A stretch of DNA of 64,000 nucleotides from Paragordius varius (Eukaryota > Animalia > Nematomorpha), in NCBI GenBank assembly GCA_964247055.1, contig OZ176054.1:7192001-7256000 (forward strand). Reading direction: 5' to 3'. Under the pieces are notes generated by a model that saw only the letters and a list, made by a program, of their open reading frames with translations, did not search any database and had not been told where the DNA came from. Made by a program: the position numbers and the translations under genes. Of the stretch, positions 37,179 through 50,600 are shown in pieces (the first letter of the stretch is position 1; each line of letters begins with the position of its first letter).

Positions 37179-38149
37179 GTTTTATCTAAATATGCCACAT
37201 AATATATTATGCTTATTTTATAGTAAAATAAATTTTATGTTAGATTTATTTTACTTTAATATATTATCCATAGTTTTGTCAAACATATATGGCGCTTTAA
37301 TTGTGATATATTTGATTTGCGAAAAATGAGTGAATAATCTTTGGGTGCAAAAATGATAGCAAAAAACACAAAGCGAAATACAATAAGTTGAATAATATTT
37401 ATGTTTATCTTAAAGCTTGATTAAATAAATTATTTTTTTAGCATAAAATATTAGCTTTTATCTACGAATTCCAGTATATAACGTTGCAACGGCTCCTGAT
37501 CTTCGGTAGAATAATCAATTATAGGGCGGATTCCCACAAATTTGAGTGAATTTTCTTTTTTCTTGAAAAAAAAGATTTTTATATTATTAAATTACTTTAT
37601 TTTATCCATAAATAATCTATAAAAAACGAGATCTAATTATTATTGGCATATATGCATAATATTATATCATATTTGTAATAATGTATGTGACAAAATTATC
37701 TAATGAATATATGTTTTTATTATTTCAATAAAAATATATTAAATGCCACGTGTTAAAAGAAATGGTTTATGTCCTGTATGACTGAGGATATTTAATTAAT
37801 CAAAGTGCGCAAAACGTTAATTGTTTTACATTATTTTTATTTTGTTGAACGTTTAAAACTAATTATTATATAAATTTTCTACATTAAAACATTTTTTGTT
37901 TTATCCTAGTTATCGTATATTCTGATATTTAAAACTCGAGGTCGTTTGCACCATAAGAATACAAATGCTTAAATTTCGCTGTAAATCAATATTTCCGACA
38001 TTTTATAAAAGCGGGTTTTACGGTAATTTCATCATGCCAAAAGTTGTACAAAACTTGTCTATACATATATCATATAAAAATTATTTTCGGACATTTCAAT
38101 GCTGCTATAAATTTTGAATTTTTCAGCCTCCAATCTAAGCCGAAAGAGT

Positions 38150-38527
38150 TGTTTTTATGTTTATGGTTAAAGGCATTTTATTTAAATACTAGGGTGCTTG
38201 ATATCTGAGAGTGATTTCAATAGATGCATTTTATGCATTTGAGCAGGAGGTCACACAAATGGCTTCGCGAGCCACATTTTCGAATCAAAAAATCTGACGG
38301 GCAACGTTCGCAAAAAATCTAGGCAATAATAACTTTGTTACAACTTAACCATAAGATTATAAAAACTGCTATTTTTTCAACACTTTTTTTCTAGTTTGCC
38401 AAAATTCAGAAAAATTTATTCAGAATTTGTTTTAAATCATCAATTTTACTTAAAAACAAAATATTTTATATAAAATTTTTCGCGGGCTGCCTAAATATTT
38501 TGGAGGGCCGCGGTCGGCTACCCTTTG
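38150..38527. mobile_element. Degenerate copy of the hAT MITE family
   Basis: Contains AATGGCTTCGCGAGCCACATTTTCGAA and GCGGGCTGC..GAGGGCCGCG, related to the internal motifs of the 46710 copy. Ends are degenerate. Confidence 0.45.
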
Positions 38528-39671
38528 ACCATAACTAATTTTCATCGCAAAATTTAGTATAAATAATTTTCTTCAGCAAGATTATATTGGGTAAATTTAT
38601 TTGAATTTCCTCGTTTTAATCTACGGGGATGATTTTGTAATTTATAATCTATACTATATTTCATAAGATTTTGGCGTAGAAATTCATTTCACACAGAATT
38701 ACCATTTGGTTGCGAAAAATAGTATCCGAATTCAGAGATATTTCAAAAAGGGTTATATTTATCTAAAATTTGTAAGTAACAGTGTTTAAACGCTTTATTG
38801 CCACCGTTCGAAAACGCCTTTATTGGCTTAGATAGAAATATACATAAATCATTCCCCTATTAAAGCCATATAAACTGCTTATATTAAATTTTAAAGCTAA
38901 AATTTAATACATTTTTTAATGATTAAACTAATATTTTATAAATTTATATTTTATGGTAAAATATTATTTAGTTATACATTTTCAAAATTTGGATATAAAT
39001 TTAATTACACATCTATGGGCAAGTGTAACACTTCATTACCTTTTGGGGTAGTTCTATATCCCAGAGCGATTTGAAATTTGAATATCTTAAAAGTATTTAA
39101 TAAATGCTTTCTTTAACCTTTTAGGCGCATTATACAAAAAATTAAAAATGTAAAATTGTAAAAACCTCATCTCAAACTTTTTTGCCGTTGTTTTTATCTA
39201 TAATTTTTATAAAATCGCTATTGCAACAGGGTAAATAAATGTGTATTATGGTTGGAAAATGTAAATAATTAACTTAAAAATCTTTCATGCTACATTTTAC
39301 CAGCAACTTGATATATTTTTATTCTAATATCAGCTGTTCGTTTCCATATGTTTTGGAGCTGTCTAGAAGTCAAAAACTGAAAAAAAGTTTCTTATCTGCA
39401 TGAGAACAATATTTGAATTAAATTATAACCAAAATAATTTCAAAACTCTAGCTTATACAAAGCTGGATGTAAACTTCCCCAAAAGGTAAACTAGTAAAAA
39501 AAGTAGTGAAGTCTTAAAAAAGTTGTGATAGACTATGATTGGCCTCATGAATGAATAAAAATATCCATAATTTAATTAAAACGGGCCTACACGTTTTAAA
39601 TTACAATATAACTAACATTTTACTTTTTTATATAGTTATCTAATAGCAATTTGTGGTTGATTAAAAATATT

Positions 39672-41421
39672 TTAGTGTACTTTTTCCTCCATCATTCTAT
39701 CATCCATATCGGGTAGTGACTTGACTTCCATAGTTTGTTTTATATTTCGAAAATTGCGTTTTCCCGGACCATGGATGGCTGATATGTATTTTAGACGCCT
39801 CATAGCCTCGGACATTTCTTGGTGGTCACAACTGTGTGTCAATCCCCCATTAATAATACAAGCCAAATTTGGACTTCGCTTTTTTATATTGGTTTTTACC
39901 ATGTTTGAGGGTTGAACAACCTCATTTCTTGTAAAGATTGCATAAAATTTATTATTGTTTTAATCAAAATTTATATCGTTGAAAATTTTTGATAATACAG
40001 TAGAAAATCAAAACCCGACCTCGTTAACATCCTAACATTAATAGAGATATATTTTTGGCTTAAGGGTATTTTAATTGGCGTATATTAATATGCTAGTATG
40101 TAAGGATCCATCTTTTGTTTTTTTGCATAATATGTTTTAATAACCATATATAGAATTCACACACTTTTTAAAAGTGAAAATAATAATATTACCATTTAAC
40201 AGTCAAATGACCTTTTTAAGCAAACGCAACATTTTTAGTTCCGTTTGGATGGAAAATGTTGCGTTTGCTTGAAAAAAATGATGCGTTTGGTAGAAAAAGT
40301 GTTGCTTTTGACTGAAAAATGATATACAGTGAACCCCTTATAATGGCGAACAAAACTGTACATCAATTGAATTTTAAAAATCATGAATGTTAAATTTTAA
40401 CAATTTTATAGTTTTCAAATAATTCTCTACCTTTTCACTAATGGCCAAATTTAATATTATTATTAAATAACAGAAAAATTATAATTCTGCCAGCACAAAG
40501 AATCTATGATGACCGGCGTCGGAAAAAAAAATTAGTCCTCCCTGATTATTAATTAAATGTAAAAAGATAAAAATATGGCAAATTTAATAGTGTGCACATA
40601 AATTAATTTTTTTTAAAGTGATGTAATTATTTTCGTTCAGCAATGTTATAATTACACTCACGATATTAAAATTTAATATGTTGCTTGACCATAAATAAAT
40701 TTAATTGTTTTCAAAAACATTTATTTAATAATACATTAATAGTTTAAGTTTTAGTCAAGATCAGAACAAAATATTTTTTGCCTTGATAAAAATTTGTACC
40801 ATAAGTAAATTTTCACAAAAATCATACTAAATAAAGTTTAAATGGAAAGATAATTATTTTAATATCTTGAATGTCAAGCAAAACCATTAGGTATGACAAA
40901 ATAATTATGGACTCTGCAAAACGCGTAAATTATTTTATTTATAGATAAACGCGAAGCTAGAATAAATCAAACTTCATTTTTTTTTAATTTTTCGTTTGTG
41001 CCTTGTTAGTTTTTTATTTTAAACTATAAAAAATCTATAACTATAAATGACGTATTTTAATTAATTTTAATGAGGAAAATCCGGAAGAATGGGGGTAGAC
41101 CTATTATTTTCACAATATATTGTTATATATGCCCAAAAATCATTTAAAAGAAATAATTTTTAAAAATAAATCATTTAAAAATCAAAAAATGGAGGGAAAC
41201 TACAATTAATTTTTCTCATAAATAAATTATATACTAAAAAGTGACAAAAAAGGGCGGGCATTTGATACATTTAATATATATATATATATATACGAAGAGT
41301 TTTTAGATATAAAAATATACTTTTCAAAGGGATTGTTCACTAGTCTGACTGAAAAACCGACTATGCAAATCCATAAATATCCTTGTAAAATGAGTATGAT
41401 TAATGCTATTTTAGTCATCAT
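39672..41421 (-). CDS. Calcitonin-type neuropeptide precursor, ~118 aa
   Basis: Exon 1, 41421-41321: MMTKIALIILILQGYLWICIVGFSVRLVNNPFE, a hydrophobic signal-peptide-like start. Phase-2 donor at 41320 joins the acceptor before 39927. Exon 2, 39927-39672: ...KKR-SPNLACIINGGLTHSCDHQEMSEAMRRLKYISAIHGP-G-KR... This has dibasic flanks, two Cys and a C-terminal Pro-amide signal. An intermediate exon cannot be excluded. Confidence 0.78.
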
Positions 41422-42384
41422 AAGGAAAATAATTGTGGAATATGTAAAAATATTAAGAAGCACTCAATAAATTGAAACTATGACAAATAATCTCTACATT
41501 AGGAGATTCGAAATAAAGGATTCAGTTTATGATGAAATATGAAAATTAACGTGTAAAATAGAGAGGGATGATTTAGACAGGTATTTATAATAAAAAATAA
41601 ATATTAAAGAAGAGGAAACTATCAATGGTTTTGGAAATCAAAAATTAAGTAAATAATGTAATTATTTGAATCTAACTAATGCTGCACATATAAAATATGT
41701 ATAATTTTAAACTAATTATAATCTTACTCTTCTATCTGTAAAAAAATGGAAAAAATTATCCCACACAACTTCCTATATGTCATCACGACAATGATTTAGT
41801 ACTTTTTGACAAAATATCCAAATTTTTCATAATTATTGTAATGTTTTATATTATTTTTATTTTTGAATAATAGTAAATATTTTTGTATGTATTTAATTGT
41901 CATTATATTTATGTATCCATTGTAATTTTATAAAAGGTAAATTAGGCAAATGAAATTAAACAGATATTGGTAGCTGAGCCCCGTGTCGTCAAAAGCCATA
42001 AATAATTATTTAATAACCATAAAATTTATTTACAAAAAAATAATTAGCCTTGTAACTTCTCTTTCAAATTATATACAATTTTGGAAAATATCAAAGCACG
42101 TACTACAAAATTAGGCCAAAATATTTGGATATTTTTAGTAGATAGGCCAATTTTGAAAAATTAGATTTGTATAAAAGTTAGCAGACAATAGGTAGTTAAT
42201 TTTGAGAGGAATAAAAACATAATTAAGTAATTTTCATGAATTATCAACACGACCCAAGAAATACTATATTTAAGTGTTAATTACAGTAAAGAGATCTCTA
42301 TTTATTGTGTGGGTGACGACGAAGGGTTGTTAAATAAGATTTGTATTGTCGTGGTTTATATCATTATGATACCTAAGTGTTTAA

Positions 42385-42778
42385 CACTTGGATACAACAC
42401 ATTAATTTCAGTCCTTAGATTCAAATTGGGGTCGTTGGATACCCCAAGCTTGTTTAAAATCAAACACTTCAAAAAATATGGAAAGAATTGACATAATTGC
42501 ACTTATATAACAGTACCGAAATATCAAAAAATCATTCAAAAATACTTGATATTACTTATTTTAAGGTAAAACTTAAAGGCAAAATTTATTCAACATGACA
42601 TGTGCGCATTAGAATTCAAAATAATATAAAAATTAACCATATTTTCTGTTTCTATCAATATTATATGTGATATAAATAAAGAACTAGCTCTAATTTTATT
42701 TTCAAAATGAAATAAAGACAATATTTGGCAAAAATGTTGTAAAATAAAAATGGCGAAGTAGTTTGATATGTAATTTTC
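42385..42778. mobile_element. piggyBac-like MITE, truncated copy
   Basis: TTAA|CACTTGGATACAACAC start, collinear with the 30534 copy for about 390 bp. The second end is missing. Confidence 0.75.
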
Positions 42779-44639
42779 AAATTATACAGACCAATGTAAA
42801 AACCTAAGGACAAATATATTTTTCCGCGATACCTTTTTAAATATGATGTTTTAATACTCTATCAGTGTATTAAACTGCAAAACATGAAGTAGGAATGCTA
42901 ATTAACAACACTATAGGGAAAGTTAAGGTATAAAAAAGTTTGGTTGTTTTTAAAAAAATCTTCGTCTTTAGTTCTTACGTTTTGTCTGCATGATTTCAAT
43001 TTTTACTGTAAAATTTCTTTTAGTCATTTAAAATATCTATATGGCCAATAATAACCCTCGTTAGTGTATTCAAAATAATTAGCCCTAATTAATTTTTAAT
43101 TGTTGAAACCCAAAAAAATATAAAAGTAATGAAATATCAAACTATACGCATCAAAAAATAAATGTTTATGAATGATATATCATTCGATAAATGGCAAAAA
43201 GCTTTGGCATAATGAATATCGAATGATAAATGCGGCTTAACCAGAAAAAGTTATTTTAAGTTTACTTTTATAAATTAATCGCATTTTATCGTCCATTGTG
43301 GTTCCTAGATACAATAGAGAATAACGCATCAACTAAATTTTATTTGTTAATATGTTTCATAAAGATGATAATATTAAACGTAATTTGTTATTGATTAAGA
43401 TTTTACATTTTTTCACAAATTACAAGATTTAAGCTAAAAATGGCAAATTTAAATGAAAATTTCAGGGTAATATTAAGAATTAACCCAATATATTACCCAC
43501 CCAAAATTTGGGAATTTTGATGCCCACATCTAAATATTCATTATAAAGATTATGTTTTGTTATCTAGTGTCTGATGCATAATAATTTGAAATGAGGCATT
43601 TAGCTTTGACTAAATTTTTTTAGCTTAATATGCACAAATGTTATGCCCCCCGATTTTGTAGTGTAATGAATGTGCGCTAATTTTTCTAATTTTGATATGG
43701 AGTGGCATAAAATGGTAACTTTTTTAAATATTCCTAAACATTAAAACCAAAGGTACAATGTAAATTATTATCAAAATATATATATATATATTAAGATATT
43801 TTATAAAACTTATTTTGTGCATTTGTTACACTTAAATTAATGTTCGAGGGTGGGTTATGGCAACAAATATAATTGATTACAAAAGAAAAATATATAAGAA
43901 GCATTCCCGATTGTGATCATAACTCAAAAAACTATTAAAACACAGCTTTTCGTGAACTAAAATTTCATTTTTATAATATAACTTTCACAACATAAATAAT
44001 TTTGACATATTTATGATATAAGGAAGAATAAAAAATTGCATTTTTTTACCTTATACAGCCAACAATTAGTATTGGTGAGCCATCTTGATTGATTAATAAA
44101 TATATGCTAAAGGTCACATCATTTTTTATTTTAAAAATATGATGTATGATTTTTTATTAAATAGATTGACCAAAAGGTCAAATTATATGATATATTATGT
44201 GTTTAAAATTTAAATTTACAATATTTATTGAAAAGTACCACAATGAAATAAAAGCGCTTACTAAATTAAATTTAACATTTTTTATTTTGTATTGCATACC
44301 ACATATAAAAAAATATGTATGAAACCGCAGATCGAAAAATTATGAGAAACTTATATTTAAATCGATATTTTTTTGAATTGGAAAAGAGTAATAATAACAA
44401 AGGTTTGGGAATATTATTATATACGTAAAAAAAATCAGAATGAAATAAATATTAAAAAACGTAAAAGAAAGCGGATTACGTTTTTCGAATATTTGAACCA
44501 TATGTTCTAAGTTAAAATATAGTGCTGTTTTTTTTTCATATTTAAAATATCAAACATTTTCAACACATATTAAATTTATCATCTTTGGACGAAATAAACG
44601 ACATTAATTATTCTGAGTTCTTAAAGTTTAGGTAATATT

Positions 44640-47600
44640 ATGGAAACGAATGTGGATGCTATCGTAGACAATGAAGATATATCATTCCTTCGAACGGTAT
44701 ATATCATTTGTGATTATTACAATCGGTTCATTTAGTTTTTTTAAGTTGGGTTGAGACTGACCGGTTTTAGAGGCCCTCATGAATACATTCGGGGCTGTGA
44801 CTGTATTTTGATCGATTGCCTAAGGTGAGATACAGGAAAAAATATACATTGCTAGTTTAAATTATTGCGGAAAGCATATACAGCAAAGGGAAGTATTTTT
44901 GCCTAAGTTGTTTTTTCCCTTTTTACTGTGAATAGCCAATAATAATGCTCTAAGCTGTATACTAGCATATTCCATGAAAAGCTAACAATGTATACTTAAT
45001 AAAACTGTATTGCATTAAAATATTTAATCCATTCTTGTCTATTTTCAGCCATTTGTATCAATGCGTTAGGAAGGGATTAAATTTTAGTGTCATAGATGTG
45101 ACTGTGATCGCTTGTAAAAACGCCTCATTTTTTGAACATATGTTTACCACATAGTTTTATAGGAAATGGCTAAATTTTAATAAAATTTGTTTATTTTTTT
45201 AAATATCTTTCTCGGCATTAAATTATATTATCATTTTTAATAAAGAGAATCGGATTTTATTATTTATTGGTTGCAACATGTATATTTCTACTGTTTTATT
45301 CATTAAATGGTCAAATGAATGACTGCATTCATTAGTGTTCCGACCGTTTAATATACCAATCCTTAACTTTATTAACTTTAATTATAATAAAAATACTCTA
45401 TTTATTATTATTTTATAATAAGCTCAAAAGTTGGCAGAAACATAAAGCAAATATATTTATTTAAATTAAAACACCTTATTCGTGAGGGAGATTTTATTTG
45501 CAGACCAATATATGTTAGTTATAAAGGATGCAGTAATAACATGACGATTTAATAATTACGGCTTTAATTTGATATAAATTGAGTTTGGTTGAGTCCTAAG
45601 CAGGATTATTCATTTCAAAAAACTACCAAAAGGAAAAGTAAAACTTCTGGTCCGTAAAATTAGCTTCTAATATGTTAAATCTATTTTATTAAAACACTAA
45701 AATACAACACATCAATTCTGTTATGTTTTAAAATTAAACATATAATTTATATAAAACGAAAATATTGCCCCTACCATTTTCAAATGACTTTAATGACAAA
45801 GAAATGGGAAGTGATTTAAAAACCACATTTACAAATAATAGGAAGTCAAAATATTAAAGTTTGTCGTTATTTTACATAATATACCTTTTCAAAATCGATT
45901 TAATCAATCATTAACTATTCTATGTTTTGCCAAAAACTGATGAGGAAGTCCAAACCTTTTTTAAAAAAGCAGAGCTCCTGAGCCAATTAAAATTTTTAAT
46001 ATAAACATTTGACAACTGTAGCATAAGATTCATGTATGTCTAAAAATTTTAGTGAATAGAGAACCGATGAATTACAAAATTTTTAACTTAATTTTCCATA
46101 CCTCATGATAAAATCCTAATTTTTTTTGATTAATATAAATTATAATATTATTATTCTAGCGTATTCATTTTTAAAATTATCTTAGTTATATGATTATACA
46201 ACTTTATATAATCATAAATTAGAACGATATGATAACACTATGTTGTGTGGTGACGTCCCTGACTGGTCAAAATGATCGACTTTGTTTAATGGCCGAAGCT
46301 TTTGGAAACCGTAACTGTTTGCTCACCAAGATTGGGGAAAAGGTAATTTTCACCCAAATATATTAAAGAAAAATATTTAAGTTTCTTATTATGGTTAAAT
46401 AAATTTTTTAAATGATCATAATGCCAAAAAATATCAAACACTTAAGTATTTTTAATTTATGGGATTAAGATATACAGTAAATCGTCAAAATTAATATCAA
46501 ACAATTTAAAATGAATCCAGATGTCATTTTTAATTTAAATTAAAATAGCTTTGGTAATATCATGTCATCATGATTTATTTTAAATTATTTGACATTAATT
46601 TCACTAATTTCTGTAATTATATTCCTTATCACCCATTAAAAAATTAAATTTCTACATTAAGTGGTTGATATGCGCACGAATATAAATATTTTCCGGCTAT
46701 ACACTAAACCAGGGGTGTCCAACACAAGTGACTCCGTGGGCCGCATTCGCAAAATATATAGGCATCAACAAATATTTTATTAGATTTCAAATAAACGACT
46801 GTAAAAAATACTATTTATTTTAACGATTTTCGCCCTTGCCGATCGGAAATATCTATTCAGAATATTTGTCTGAGAATATCGAATTCACATGGATTTTGTA
46901 AATTTGATTTTTAAAATTTCTCGCGGGCTGCAGAAAATTTCAAAGGGCGTGTTGGACACCCGTGCAGTAAACCCACAAACCAATATGTGTTTTATTAATT
47001 GTAAGTAATCAAACTTTTTTCTAATTTAAAATACTATTCGTAAAAATAAAATATGCGGTTTGACAAAAATCTTTTTTATAACTAAAATAATATGTGGATA
47101 TATGGCATCAACAAATATCCAATTCGTTTTTTTAACAAATATTATTGCATATAAACCATTTGGCTTCTGCACAAATCGGATATAGGATGATTTGTAAAGC
47201 CCAATAAACATTTTCTTATTTAAATATTTTAATATGATGATATCTCAATAAAGTCCACGATTTCGGACACTGTATAATAAAAGTTTAGAGATTTATATCC
47301 ATCGAATGAAAAAACATTTATATTGCGCTTTTCATCGCACATATTTATATAATAATATTTCTTACTTTTATTATTAAAATGAGGAGAGGAGTTAAAATAA
47401 TTATATTTTTAGTCCAATCCTGTTGATATGTCAAATTGCGCCTTTACTATCGAACAAGCGCTGTCTGTCCGTGCTCTTCAAGAATTATTAGCCTCCAAAA
47501 AAGAGCCTGAGATATCAGTATTTTGTTATTTTTCCCATAACTCATAAAGTATGTTGGGTTAGGTTTTAGACCAGTGAAATCGGTATGACCCAATGAATAA

Positions 47601-50600
47601 TGTTATTTATGGTATAATAATCAGTCAATCTACATTACAAATGCAAATCGATCTATGAAAATAAAAAACAATTAAGAGAATAATTTGATTTTATCGATAA
47701 ATTAAATTAATAATAATTAAGCAGATATTTAATACGATTCAATTCTATCACAATTTTTTTACACTGATTTTATACCAAGGACTGGTTATTTTTGTAAGTA
47801 GTCGCGATCATGTAAGGTTTGTCGATTGTAAAAAATTTATTTAAGCGAAAATGTTTGGTAAAATATGTTGTAGTGAGTAATTTGAGTAATGTGCGACATT
47901 GTTTTGATACAACCCGCAAAAAATATTTTATAATTTTTTTATTATTCAAAAATAATTGTCCAAATATTATATTTTTATACGTTTTTTATACTCTTTCAAT
48001 TATGTTGTTACGAATATTAAAATAAATAATTATCGGCCAATAAAAATATCGTTAAACTTTTCTAATTTCCTTACTCTTTTTTTAAATATTAAAAGAAAAA
48101 TCAACCAAATTTAAATAGACCCTATAACATATTTTATTGATGCTGATATTTAACAATTTGAAATTTTACTTTGATGAAAAGTAACCCAAATATAACGGGT
48201 ATTTTTAAAAAATATTTTAAAAAAATAATTTATTAAACTTTAAATTCGTACAGGGCTCCCAACATAGAACATTGTTATATGGACACGCTTTTTTATTGAA
48301 ACACCACCAAAGCAATATGGTTAAATTATTTTATTTATTTTTATTTAAACTCTAATTTTTAGCCAAAATATTTAATTTTTAAAAGTTATTATTGAGTTCA
48401 TTATTAAAGGGTTATTTTAATTACATATCTATTTTCATAGAGATTTTCTCTAGTAATTACAACATTTAAAATTCACCCTCAAATAATTCAAATTGACCTT
48501 TGAACAATTCGAATCGACTTTTTAAATAAATTGTGTTTTTGGGCTAATATAACTCATTATTGATATATATCTTATGGCTTAGTTTATTATTTTTTCAATA
48601 TTATTTTAATTTTAAACAAAATTCCATTTTTTATAAATGTAAAAATATAGTAATTTATATAATCTTAAAAAAACATAATTTTAGGGTGAATTTGAATTGT
48701 TCGAGGGTGTTTGAATTGTTTAAGAGTGGATTTGAAGTGTAAATGGTACACATTTTCAAATATGTCTCTTATAAAATGAAAAATATGGGCCATGGCAACA
48801 GACATATAAATTAAATACCCTTTTAGCCAGTTAAAGGTCGAAATGATTAATAATAGCTCTCGTTACTGTATATAGTATATTTCATGCCTTACCACGCCAT
48901 CGAGTGTTGACAAATTGGCCTTCAACGTTGGATTAAAAGACACGCATAAATTAATAGGTATTTTACATATTTCTTTGATTAGACAACCAAAGAGTATTTT
49001 AGGGGTAATATCCTAACGGGTATCTAAGATTGGGGTTCATATTCTAAGTACTTTCATTCTATTATTATAATTGTCTTTAAAAACAATTCCAACATTTTTA
49101 TGAAAATGATTGATATAATTTTATCAGAGGAAGATATTTGGTGGACAGTTCATCCTGCATCCAAGCAAAGATCAGAGGGAGAAAAAGTGCGTATTGGAGA
49201 TGATGTGATTTTAATTAGTGTATCATCCGAACGATACCTCGTAATATGTTGCTTATTTTCATTTAATTATTTTAAGATAATTTATGAATGAAACTGACCA
49301 CTTAAAAAAACAATTTTTTTAAAATTTATGTCGATAGTCATAATGTTACCTGAATATAGAAGTTATTTTAATATTTACCAATAATTTTTAATATATCATT
49401 AATTTATACAGCATTCTATACGTAACGAATCGAGTAATTCACAAGTGCTAGCTTCCTTCTCACAAACGATTTGGAGTATGGGGGCATATCTCAACTTCAA
49501 CATCAAAAATAAATTTTTGGGTACAAGTTTGAAATAAATTTTTTCTCGTAATGAGAAACTAATCATAAATTAAAGTTTGATGGTAAAAGAATTAAAAAAT
49601 TATAACCACTTTATTTCTATTACCATAGAGCATTTTTTAACTATCTAAATTTATCTATAGGATATGTGTTTGGTGGTCAGGTTTTACGTTTATTTCATGG
49701 ACAAGATGAATGTCTTACTTTTTGCCGACCAGAAGAGGAAATAACTGGAAACATACAATTGTTGGAAACAAAATCACCCAGATCTTATGCCAACAATGTG
49801 GATGACAGCCGTGAAACCTTAAATTCGCAGAGTCATTCAATTTTTACGGAATTTCAAAAGAGTTCCTACCCTAGCGCTCAACGAAATACAGATAACAGGC
49901 CTGTGGAATCGAAAATTGATAAAACCGTTTCCCCTGATGAACACATTATACAAATTATGTACGAATCTGGTCCAGCTTGTCAACAAGCGCGTTCACTTTG
50001 GCAACTAGAATATTTAAAAACAAAATATAACGGAGGTTTTATGGGATGGCTTACCCCACTACGTATTAAGCATATAACGACAGGTAAATACTTGGGGTTC
50101 GTCACATCTAGAAGATCACAGATTAACTTGGATGTGACTCGGGATATCTCTTTAACACTGTTCCCAGCTCACAAAGCGTATGCTGAATATACACTTTTTT
50201 GTTTAAGAAGCGGTAAAGACGATAAACGAATCGGAAGTATAGACGAAGAAAAAGAGGAAGAATCAATGGGATATCCATCCATAAAGTTTGGGGAAACGCT
50301 CATTTATATCCAACACATCTCCACTGGATTCTGGTTATCGTATGAGGTATAATAAATTTCTTAATTAAGTGTGTCAACGGTTGATTAAATGGTTTTGTTG
50401 CTATATATAAAATCCCAAAAAATTATTGCAATTATTTTTTTTCAGTCAAAGAGTCCTAATGAATATAAATCTTCAATCAGCAAAATGATTAAAATGATTA
50501 ATGATAATTCTTTAGACATTTTAACGCTTCAAATAGATTTGGTAAAATAATGACATTTTTAGTGATGGTAACATTATGATAAAAAATGGAATTTAGCTTA

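Noticed and set aside
44771-44824. 54-nt AG...GTGAG-bounded segment in RyR intron 1 as an alternative exon
   Set aside because: It has an in-frame TGA in the required phase and no RyR similarity.
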